From NCBI GenBank assembly GCA_016217935.1, contig JACRFJ010000010.1, positions 1-60,095 of the forward strand: a stretch of DNA of 60,095 nt. The letters run 5' to 3'. The DNA comes from Candidatus Kaiserbacteria bacterium (GTDB taxonomy: Bacteria; Patescibacteriota; Minisyncoccia; Phycocordibacterales; UBA2100). The position numbers were made by a program, and so were the translations under genes. Shown here one piece after another: positions 17,132-24,644 of this stretch; positions within the stretch are counted from its first letter, which is position 1, and every line of letters begins with the position of its first letter. Below the pieces are notes generated by a model, which saw only the letters and a list, made by a program, of their open reading frames with translations, searched no databases and was not told where the DNA came from.

Positions 17132-17821
17132 TCAGCGCGCGAGTTCGCACGAACTCACTCCCTGACTCTGCGCCAATCGAGTGCAATTTGATGCATTCGT
17201 CATGCATTGATAGCGTCCGGGTGTGGCCCCTCCTTGGAAACAATAGTAGCCGGGTATCGGGGTGGGATTGATCGTCTGTACAAAATCCGTCGGATTTTGC
17301 GTCGTGTCCTGTAAGTATTGATTAAGCAGTTGTTGATCAGCAGTTTGCGACGGAGCCTGCTTTGCGTTCCTGAGAATGTTTAGCTTTAGAATATCCGGAT
17401 TGATCTGGTTGAGGATGATCCAAATGCTCAAAAGCAAGAGAACGCCAAGGACCACATCACCAATGATTTCTTTTGCTTTGCTTTTATGACTCCACATATC
17501 GTTCCCCATATAGAGGTACCCCGCCCACGCGAGCCGCAATACCGCGAGTATCGCACCGACAGATATTGCCGTTTTGAAAGCGCTGTTGAAGAAGTTCGCG
17601 AGCGCGTTCGCATCGCTCGGCGTTGGCGGTGTACCGAATAGTTTACTGAAATTGGCGTCAGAGAGTGCGACGAACCCATCGAGTTGCTGGGACTGGATCT
17701 GTTGTGGCGTGAGACTCTCGTCGCCGCTGAGACCTTGCCCATTCGCGACGAATGGCACGAGCATGAAAGATACAAGTGCACAAAGTATAGAGAGAGTGAC
17801 CAGTTGGGGAATACGCACCAT
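17132..17821 (-). CDS. VirB2/TrbC-like pilin-type membrane protein with extra Cys-rich C-terminal domain
   Basis: Has a signal peptide (MVRIPQLVTLSILCALVSFMLVPFVANG) and two TM helices (AISVGAILAVLRLAWAGYLY ... VVLGVLLLLSIWIILNQI), the hairpin layout of T4SS pilins. A roughly 90-aa tail with 4 Cys follows. It is the last gene of the operon. Confidence 0.6.
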   Translation of the reverse strand: MVRIPQLVTLSILCALVSFMLVPFVANGQGLSGDESLTPQQIQSQQLDGFVALSDANFSKLFGTPPTPSDANALANFFNSAFKTAISVGAILAVLRLAWAGYLYMGNDMWSHKSKAKEIIGDVVLGVLLLLSIWIILNQINPDILKLNILRNAKQAPSQTADQQLLNQYLQDTTQNPTDFVQTINPTPIPGYYCFQGGATPGRYQCMTNASNCTRLAQSQGVSSCELAR

Positions 17822-17823
17822 AG

Positions 17824-19047
17824 TTATTGTGATGCAATCCGGAGCATCCAGAGCGATTGGTCCGCCGCATTTTCAAATGCGATGTACGAGCTACTCGCAT
17901 CAATCGCAAGATTCTCAATATCGAGCGCGAGCGTTGTATCGGTCACAAAGAATTTCTCGGCCGTCCCTTTCGTCGCATCAATACGCCACAGCGCATCCGT
18001 CGTATGCAATCGCCCCTCATACCGCGCCTTCAAATATTCTCGGCCGAAGAGTACTTGTGGTACCGCGCAGTACGCGATGAGTTCCTTGCCACGAGACCAC
18101 ACACACTTATCCGCCGCTGTTTTTATGTCGAGATATTTCGGTGTGCTATCTGTTTTCGCTCGCGCGAACAGTGCGACCGCATCCCCACTTGAACTTCCAT
18201 AGAGGACCGCAGGCGCTCCACTCTTGGGAAGTACGGTAAGTCCAGGCACATCACTCACGAGCTCCCGTAGTACTCCCTGTGTGTCGAGAGTGTATGCAAA
18301 CCCAGCTACTCCGTCGGTTGCACCTTGCGCGACAACAAACCTCCCATCTTCGAGAGCGAACGCTCGCCAGGAGCGGAGTGGAGACGAAAAGATTTTCCTT
18401 TGTTTCTCGCCGCGCCAATTTGCTGTGGCACCTACGACACCTCCTCCTGGATCTTTGACAAGAAAGAAGAGGGTATTTCCGTGCGACGAGATCGAGACAA
18501 TGTTTTGTGGAAGATATGAGCCTTTGAGGAGCGATGCGCTTGAGGTTGCAGTGGGTGATTTGGAAGGGAATTCACTCGCGAGCGTGGTTATCGTTTCTCC
18601 TTCGAGAGAGCGTAGCACCACACCGCCCTCCCCTACCAACGCGTCATAGATCTTCGGGAAGAGCGTGTTCGTACGACGATCGACCGCGCTCGTGTCAGGG
18701 CTTGCATCGAGCATATTTCCAGTCGATCGCTCAATAAATATGATCCGCGACGAGGTCGCAGCAAAACCAAAACCTGCGACGGGAGCTTTGCTCACGTGCC
18801 AGAGTCGCGGTGCACGCTTCCCACTCGACGTCGCGGTGTCAGGATTGGTGAGCTCGGTAACAATATGTTGGTACGTGCTCCCCGTCGAGTTGCCAAAAGT
18901 GGCACTCTCACTTCCGCGCGCAGCATCCTGCGCTTGTGTTTGAGCACCCTCTTGTTTGAGGAAAAAATACCACCCCGCGAGACCGCCGATGATGACGACA
19001 ATGAGCGCCGCGAGAGCAAACTGCAGTACGTGCGTGAGTGGTCGCAT
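17824..19047 (-). CDS. membrane-anchored extracytoplasmic protein, function unknown (beta-rich, possibly propeller-like)
   Basis: Has an N-terminal TM helix (LQFALAALIVVIIGGLAGWYFF) and then about 370 aa of beta-strand-like sequence. It is separated by 2-3 nt from both neighbouring genes. Confidence 0.7.
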   Translation of the reverse strand: MRPLTHVLQFALAALIVVIIGGLAGWYFFLKQEGAQTQAQDAARGSESATFGNSTGSTYQHIVTELTNPDTATSSGKRAPRLWHVSKAPVAGFGFAATSSRIIFIERSTGNMLDASPDTSAVDRRTNTLFPKIYDALVGEGGVVLRSLEGETITTLASEFPSKSPTATSSASLLKGSYLPQNIVSISSHGNTLFFLVKDPGGGVVGATANWRGEKQRKIFSSPLRSWRAFALEDGRFVVAQGATDGVAGFAYTLDTQGVLRELVSDVPGLTVLPKSGAPAVLYGSSSGDAVALFARAKTDSTPKYLDIKTAADKCVWSRGKELIAYCAVPQVLFGREYLKARYEGRLHTTDALWRIDATKGTAEKFFVTDTTLALDIENLAIDASSSYIAFENAADQSLWMLRIASQ

Positions 19048-19050
19048 GGT

Positions 19051-20064
19051 TTAAAGAGTATTCGTGAATGGGCTTGTGCCCCCGCTCCCATTCAATCCGA
19101 AGATCATATTCCAGATGCCGGACGCCTCGAAGAACACATTGCGAGTGTGCGTCACGGTAAGTGAGACGCTTGCGAGTCCTGTGGATTTTTCCGCGTTGAT
19201 GGTGAGTACGTTCGGCCGACGCTTTTCAGCTGATACCGGGGTGCGGTTTACTTCCCATTCGTATGAAAGCTCTTGCGCAGTCGCACTGTGCGCTGGTGCA
19301 AAGTACGGTAGCGCGACGAATGTGGCCTCCGTGTTTTGGATGAGGTTGGATGTGGTGAGTGCTCGGTGGTACAAGATTCCAAAGAGCGGGCTCTCCTCGT
19401 AGAGAAATAATTCCGGCGTTCGCGCATCGATTCGTACACTGCCCTCTCCCGTCACAGCTGTATCTGCTGTCGCTACCTGTACCGAAACGACGCTCACGTC
19501 CGAGAAAAAGGACGAATCGATCGTCGCGCTTGATTTACCCCGACCCGATTGGAATGCGAGCGTCGTGCCGTTGTGTTTCCATGTATACGTCAGTTGTGTT
19601 GGATCAATCTCGGAACCACTTTTGTATAGGTGCGGTACCGCTTCGATCCGTATCTGTGCCCCCGCACTTGGAAGTGCGCGCCCACGGTAAAAGGGCGGCG
19701 TGTATGTGTCCCCCTCCCAGAGCATGTCGACTCTCGATGGAACGATAAGTGCTTCCGCATGCACGTCGCCAGAATCGCTCTCTGCTGTTATTTCTATTTT
19801 TTCTCCGAGGGCGCCACCGACTATTTCGAGCCGGGTCGCGCCGACTCCTTCGGTGAGGAGTGTCCCGTTTTTTCGCCACGTGATCGTGCTGTTTCCAAGA
19901 TCATGGGAGATGCTCGTGAGCGTGAGTTCGATGCGCTCGTTCGGTTTTGGATATGCAGGCGAGACTCGTATGGAATCTGTGCCACCGAGGCCGGGAATAT
20001 CAAATTGCGCAGATACGGTGATTGGTACGAGGAAAAGCACCAGTGCGGACACGAGGTACTTCAT
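19051..20064 (-). CDS. secreted protein with three Ig/PKD-like repeats, function unknown
   Basis: Has a signal peptide (MKYLVSALVLFLVPITVSA). Three roughly 90-aa repeats each contain a (T/S)(I/Y)xW..N motif: TITWRKNGT, TYTWKHNGT and SYEWEVNRT. Its start overlaps the VirB4 stop by 4 nt. Confidence 0.7.
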   Translation of the reverse strand: MKYLVSALVLFLVPITVSAQFDIPGLGGTDSIRVSPAYPKPNERIELTLTSISHDLGNSTITWRKNGTLLTEGVGATRLEIVGGALGEKIEITAESDSGDVHAEALIVPSRVDMLWEGDTYTPPFYRGRALPSAGAQIRIEAVPHLYKSGSEIDPTQLTYTWKHNGTTLAFQSGRGKSSATIDSSFFSDVSVVSVQVATADTAVTGEGSVRIDARTPELFLYEESPLFGILYHRALTTSNLIQNTEATFVALPYFAPAHSATAQELSYEWEVNRTPVSAEKRRPNVLTINAEKSTGLASVSLTVTHTRNVFFEASGIWNMIFGLNGSGGTSPFTNTL

Positions 20065-22100
20065 ACAACTCCCGGAGTTGCGCGCGGCTGAGCTGCGACA
20101 GTTGGAGCGGCCGACGTGCTCGGAGTCGCGGCAACTGTGAGCGCAGTTGCGAGAGGAGCAGATGGTAGAGGGGCAGCGGCGGGTGCCGTTAGTGAGGGTG
20201 CGGCCGAGGGAGTCGGAAGAGTTCGTTCCGCTGGTTTCGGGGAGGGTGGGTGCAGCGTCTCGCGCCTATCCGCTGCTTCCGGTTCGGTATTCGCGAGTTC
20301 CTGCTTTGCTTTTTTGATTGCGAGAATCTGGGATGGATCAGACGTAATGATTTGATCCTCGGTATATGAGGCAATCACCTTGATCGCAACGTGCTTGAGA
20401 CCGGCGAAGAAGATTCCTTCGCCCACATCGCTCTCGAGGAGCAGGTACTTCTCTTCGTCGGAGAGTTTGAATGTCTGCTGCACGAGGTCAACCGACGTTG
20501 GGGATTGTCGGAGCAGCAGTTGTATCGATGAGTTTGTGATCATCGGGATGCCGTAGGGAGAATTGAGAAAGTCGGAGACGTCCTGTGTGATAGTCGAGAT
20601 CCCGAGATAGTATTTACGGCCGCGTTTTGCGATGCCGAAGAGGAAAGACGCAGTATCTTCAGATCGCATCATCCACCACGCTTCGTCGATAACAAGCAGC
20701 CGCTTGCGCAACTCCTTGCGCACCATATTCCAAATGTGGTGCGTGATGATGTACATCGCCACCGGCTTCAAGTCGTCCTCCATATCGCGCACCGAGAACA
20801 CAACGAGCTTTTTGTTCATGTCCACGTTCGTCGGACGATTCATAAAACCGGACCACGTGCCCTTCGTATACTTCGAAAGGCGCTGCACGAGACTCTCCGA
20901 TCCTTCCATGCCGGAGAGGACCAGTTCGAAATCGGAGAGGAGTGGAGGCTCGACTGCAGCAAAGTTGGCGTCTGGGGTAATATCCTTCAGCGCGTAGGTT
21001 TCTGTGATTGCTTTGTCGATAATGGCATCTTCTTCTGGAGTCAGTCCGCCGAGCATGATACGGAAGAGCCCTACGAGGGTGATGATATTGCTGCGGAGTA
21101 CGTCTGATGGGTTCTCGTCTTCGCGTGGAATCGGGAGGTCGAATGGGTTGATGTGGTGCTCGGAAGAGAGCGAAATGTTGAAATATCGACCGCCGACCGT
21201 TTCTGCCAAGTATTCATACTCTCGCTCCGGGTCGATCACAATCACTTCCGTGTCGAACATGAGCGAGCGCAAAATTTCCAATTTCGTTGTGTACGATTTG
21301 CCGGCACCGGATTTTGCAAAAGTCACTGAGTTGTAGTTTTCGAGTGAGAATCGGTCGAAGAGGATGAGCGACGAATTGTGGCGATTGATGCCGTAGAGAA
21401 TGCCTCTGTCCGAGGTAAGATCAAACGAGATGAACGGGAAAATCGATGAGAGAGGAGCGGAATTCAGTTTCGTGTGCACGTCGAGCTCATCGGTTGCAAG
21501 CGGGAGCACGGATCTGAATCCCTGCTCTTGCTGGAAGAGTGCGGGTCGAATGTAGACAAGGCGTGACTCAAGAATGGAACGCACCTCACTCTCCACCTTG
21601 TCGATTTCTTCGCGGGATGAGCCGTAGAGGGTAAGGTAGAGTCCGACGTCAAAAATCCGCTCTTGCGCTTGTTGGAGAGAGTCGCGTAGCTGTTCGAGGT
21701 CGGAGTAGGCGGTATCGAGCATCGGATCGCGAACCATACCCTTCTCTTCGCGCGTTGAAATTTGACTCTGAACCTCGGCGACTTTCTTCTGAAACTTGCG
21801 GAGCATTTCGTTGGTGTCCATTGGATGGATGAAGATCGAAATGTCGAGTACTTTGTCCATGTTAATGATTGGTGCGAACCACCCCGTCGTAAGGAAGCGG
21901 GGGTATGAAATCACGAAGAATGTGCGCGCGATTTTTTCACCCAGGTCGAGCTCGTGCGAGCTGATTTTGAGGGCGTGCGGCGCAATGACATCCTGCAAGT
22001 TGAGCACACCAGTCTGGTAAATCTCTTCAGGCAGGACCGGCAACACCTGCGGTGCAAGATCTTTTTTCTTGCCAAACGGGAGAAAATCAGCGAGTGCCAT
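20061..22100 (-). CDS. VirB4/TrbE/PrgJ-family type IV secretion ATPase
   Basis: Carries Walker A FAKSGAGKSYTT and Walker B KRLLVIDEAWWMM, plus ISTITQDVSDF. The N-terminal domain matches the ISYPRFLTTGWF pattern. The last ~90 aa form a Pro/Ala-rich tail. Confidence 0.85.
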   Translation of the reverse strand: MALADFLPFGKKKDLAPQVLPVLPEEIYQTGVLNLQDVIAPHALKISSHELDLGEKIARTFFVISYPRFLTTGWFAPIINMDKVLDISIFIHPMDTNEMLRKFQKKVAEVQSQISTREEKGMVRDPMLDTAYSDLEQLRDSLQQAQERIFDVGLYLTLYGSSREEIDKVESEVRSILESRLVYIRPALFQQEQGFRSVLPLATDELDVHTKLNSAPLSSIFPFISFDLTSDRGILYGINRHNSSLILFDRFSLENYNSVTFAKSGAGKSYTTKLEILRSLMFDTEVIVIDPEREYEYLAETVGGRYFNISLSSEHHINPFDLPIPREDENPSDVLRSNIITLVGLFRIMLGGLTPEEDAIIDKAITETYALKDITPDANFAAVEPPLLSDFELVLSGMEGSESLVQRLSKYTKGTWSGFMNRPTNVDMNKKLVVFSVRDMEDDLKPVAMYIITHHIWNMVRKELRKRLLVIDEAWWMMRSEDTASFLFGIAKRGRKYYLGISTITQDVSDFLNSPYGIPMITNSSIQLLLRQSPTSVDLVQQTFKLSDEEKYLLLESDVGEGIFFAGLKHVAIKVIASYTEDQIITSDPSQILAIKKAKQELANTEPEAADRRETLHPPSPKPAERTLPTPSAAPSLTAPAAAPLPSAPLATALTVAATPSTSAAPTVAAQPRATPGVV

Positions 22101-22103
22101 AGA

Positions 22104-22772
22104 TTATTTTTCTGCTGCGCCCGCGAGCGGCATCGGCTTTCCTTCTTCGCCAGGGTTGAACATTTTGTAGAGAAGCTCGATTGCCTCTTCAGTGCCCAAC
22201 TGCACCGTGCGTACACCGGTGCGCACCAAACCTTGCTGCACGATTGCGATTCGCTGCTCGAGCTGCGTTACCTGCTCCTCGAACGTCCGATTTTGTTCTT
22301 CGGCGTTTACTTTTTTCTTGCCAAAGGGGAGGAGGGCACTCGCCCCGCCCTTGGTCGAAAGCGTCGCGGGTGAATACGGCACGACGACAAAGAAATTTTT
22401 CGTCATGATGTTTGCCGCCTCGGTAAAGCTTTTGATAAATTCGATGTACTCTCGAATTTGGATACGCATCAGGTCATCGAGCTGCTCTTTGTATGCGGCT
22501 TCGAGAGTCGCCACGTACGGTCGGATATCGAGCATGCGCGACTGTACGAAAATTTGGACTGAGAAATCGAGCGAGTTGAGAAAATTTTGAAACTGGATGA
22601 TGAAGGCAGTCTGTTCGTCTTCAGATTTGAGCGCAAAGTTGAGTGACGACGCGAGGAGCACGGCGCGGAGCCCTCCGTCTTTCAGCCGCACCACGCCATC
22701 GCGCACTTCAGAAATCGGTACGAACTCCTGCGTCGATCGAGTGTTGGAACGCGTAGTTTCAGTGCCGGGCAT
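22104..22772 (-). CDS. stand-alone VirB4 N-terminal-domain-like protein
   Basis: TQEFVPISEVRDGVVRLKDGGLRAVLLASSLNFALKSEDEQ resembles the N-terminus of Gram-positive VirB4/TraC proteins. It has no P-loop. It shares an LPFGKKK motif, and 20/21 nt at the DNA level, with the N-terminus of the adjacent ATPase. Confidence 0.6.
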   Translation of the reverse strand: MPGTETTRSNTRSTQEFVPISEVRDGVVRLKDGGLRAVLLASSLNFALKSEDEQTAFIIQFQNFLNSLDFSVQIFVQSRMLDIRPYVATLEAAYKEQLDDLMRIQIREYIEFIKSFTEAANIMTKNFFVVVPYSPATLSTKGGASALLPFGKKKVNAEEQNRTFEEQVTQLEQRIAIVQQGLVRTGVRTVQLGTEEAIELLYKMFNPGEEGKPMPLAGAAEK

Positions 22773-22775
22773 AGC

Positions 22776-23273
22776 CTATATACGAGCTTCTTCTGCGGTG
22801 TGAATTGTGACCAGATCTTCGGCAGTGCGCTTCACGTGTCGCTCGTCGTCGTTGGCCACACCCGCGGCGATACGCTCTTTGATGTCGAGCGACCACGCGA
22901 GTTCGTGTAATTTTGAATCCGAGAGTCGCGGGATGTACACCTCCCCTTCCTCTGCAGGTAGGGCTGCTTTCCTGGTCTCTACCGTCGCTTTTTTATATGC
23001 GTTATTCCATAAGTAGAGCTTGGAGCGCACTCCATAGTAGAACGCGTGCTCTATCGCGACGATAAATGGTCTGCCGTTGTACTGTGCGAACGCGAGCGCG
23101 ACCGCCAAGGCGCCGACGAGCGCGATGAAAGGTCCTGCGAGAAGGAGCGGCAAGAGACGCCACAACATGTAAGCAATGCCCGCGCCGCCGCCGAGAAACA
23201 CGAACTGTTTGAACGTCAGCGGTCCGAAGATTTTGTCCTCAACCTCAATGAACTGTGGTACCTGAAATTGCAT
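22776..23273 (-). CDS. PrgI/VirB3-like small membrane protein
   Basis: Has the PrgI-family-type start MQFQVPQFIEVEDKIFGPLTFKQFVFL followed by two TM helices. It sits directly upstream of the VirB4-like genes. Confidence 0.7.
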   Translation of the reverse strand: MQFQVPQFIEVEDKIFGPLTFKQFVFLGGGAGIAYMLWRLLPLLLAGPFIALVGALAVALAFAQYNGRPFIVAIEHAFYYGVRSKLYLWNNAYKKATVETRKAALPAEEGEVYIPRLSDSKLHELAWSLDIKERIAAGVANDDERHVKRTAEDLVTIHTAEEARI

Positions 23274-23280
23274 AGAGAAA

Positions 23281-23985
23281 TTATAACAGTGTTGTGAGAC
23301 TCCCAGGTATCGTTATGCCGCTTTTGTTGAAGTCTAAAAGGATTTTCATAAGCGCATCAGCGGAATGGAGCGAAGAGATGTCCGCTGGGAGCGATCCTTT
23401 TGAGAGGATGCGCGATTCTGGACGTTCTGCACCTGCGTAGTCGAGTAAACTTGAGTATTTGTATGAAGAAAGAAAGCGAGACGCATTATCAATGTTTTCT
23501 ATCCCAACCTGCTCCCAATCCGTGAATTGGAGAGCAAGCGGGTTCAGATGTATGTAGGCCCACAGCCATCGAAAATAGTCGTCGTTCTCTACATGTTGTG
23601 AGCGAAATGGTCGTGTAAATAGAGGCCCGCTGCGTTCGTATTTTGTATTGAAGAACATAGAGTATGCAGTCATGAGCTTTAACATAAATCTTGAGGTTCC
23701 CCCGGCTGCCTTTTCGCGCACTACTAAGTGAAAGTGATTCGGCATAAGTGCAAAAACGAGCAAATCAACGAGCGACTCACCGTCACTTACCCTGAGCAAG
23801 GGTTCCCCTTGCTCAGATTTACGGAGAAGATTGTCGATCCTGACGGGCTTTTTCCTGTTGCACGCTAAAAGAAGCAGCAGAAAGCGCTTATTGTCAGCTT
23901 CAGACATAAAGATCTGCCGCTTCTCTACCCCGCGTGCGTAGAGATGATAATAGTTCGTTTCCACGAATGGCACCTTGCGCTCCAT
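23281..23985 (-). CDS. Y1 HUH transposase (IS200/IS605 TnpA-like / REP-associated RAYT-like)
   Basis: Carries the HUH motif LMPNHFHLVV and the catalytic Tyr motif WAYIHLNPL. The likely start is MERKVPFVETNYYHLYARG (ATG 23985), although the ORF opens at 24063. The gene is visibly lower in GC than the flanking operon. Confidence 0.85.
   Translation of the reverse strand: MERKVPFVETNYYHLYARGVEKRQIFMSEADNKRFLLLLLACNRKKPVRIDNLLRKSEQGEPLLRVSDGESLVDLLVFALMPNHFHLVVREKAAGGTSRFMLKLMTAYSMFFNTKYERSGPLFTRPFRSQHVENDDYFRWLWAYIHLNPLALQFTDWEQVGIENIDNASRFLSSYKYSSLLDYAGAERPESRILSKGSLPADISSLHSADALMKILLDFNKSGITIPGSLTTLL
23792..23816. repeat. 25-bp hairpin repeat CTGAGCAAGGG-TTC-CCCTTGCTCAG (copy B, inside the transposase ORF)
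   Basis: Exact reverse complement of the core of copy A. It is translated as SEQGEPLLR within the Y1 transposase. Confidence 0.95.
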
Positions 23986-24000
23986 CTTCAGAGAATAGCA

Positions 24001-24033
24001 AACTCTGAGCAAGGGGAACCCTTGCTCAGAGTT
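24001..24033. repeat. 33-bp hairpin repeat AACTCTGAGCAAGGG-GAA-CCCTTGCTCAGAGTT (copy A, 5' of the transposase start)
   Basis: Perfect 15-bp stem, read directly from the sequence. Confidence 0.95.
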
Positions 24034-24056
24034 AGGGTGTTGATAAGGATTTCTCA

Positions 24057-24082
24057 ATTGCAAACTAGAATTGCAAACTAGA
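24057..24082. repeat. tandem 13-bp duplication ATTGCAAACTAGA x2 spanning the stop codon of the 24078 gene
   Basis: Read directly from the sequence. A related AATTGCA..TAGA string occurs at the other side of the transposase gene (23265-23277), overlapping the PrgI-like start codon. Confidence 0.85.
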
Positions 24083-24638
24083 CGAGCTGTTCTCTATACG
24101 GATCACCGTCGATCGTTTTTCGCGCGTGACTTGCGACATTCTCATACCCTTCGACTGGTACGCGGATCGCTTTTCCTTCTGGTTTTGGCTGAGGTGGAGT
24201 TGCAGGGATAATCGCCGAAGCCTTGGGCACGTCCGAAGATGAAGATTGAGCGAGAATCTGTGTACGGGCGCTTTCAACCGAGGTCTGTGCTGTCGCTTGC
24301 GCTTCTGGATGATCGAGTTCGCGCTCCAGTTCCGCGCGAACTGGCTCGAATACGACTTTCGATATATCACCTGCGAGTGCCTGCGCGATCTCGGCCGTAA
24401 TTCCGACCTCGCTCGCGATGTTTTTTGCAAGATCTTCCGCACGCTGAAAACCCAAGAGCGCGAGCATCACTTCATTTTCAAGAGCGCCCCACTGATCGAG
24501 GTGCAGCTTGTGGGTCTCAGCGAGTTCGCGGAGTCGTTTTTCGACATCGGCGGATGTGATCGCGTTCTGTACGACGAGCGGGAGCTGTTTAAACCGGTCG
24601 TCGAGCTTTTCTTGAAGTTTTATCGTGTCTGGATCCAT
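24078..24638 (-). CDS. acidic cytoplasmic hypothetical protein
   Basis: 186 aa with no TM helix. The N-terminal half is helical and the tail is Pro-rich, ending in DGDPYREQLV. It is tightly packed inside the operon. Confidence 0.7.
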   Translation of the reverse strand: MDPDTIKLQEKLDDRFKQLPLVVQNAITSADVEKRLRELAETHKLHLDQWGALENEVMLALLGFQRAEDLAKNIASEVGITAEIAQALAGDISKVVFEPVRAELERELDHPEAQATAQTSVESARTQILAQSSSSDVPKASAIIPATPPQPKPEGKAIRVPVEGYENVASHARKTIDGDPYREQLV

Positions 24639-24644
24639 ATAAAT

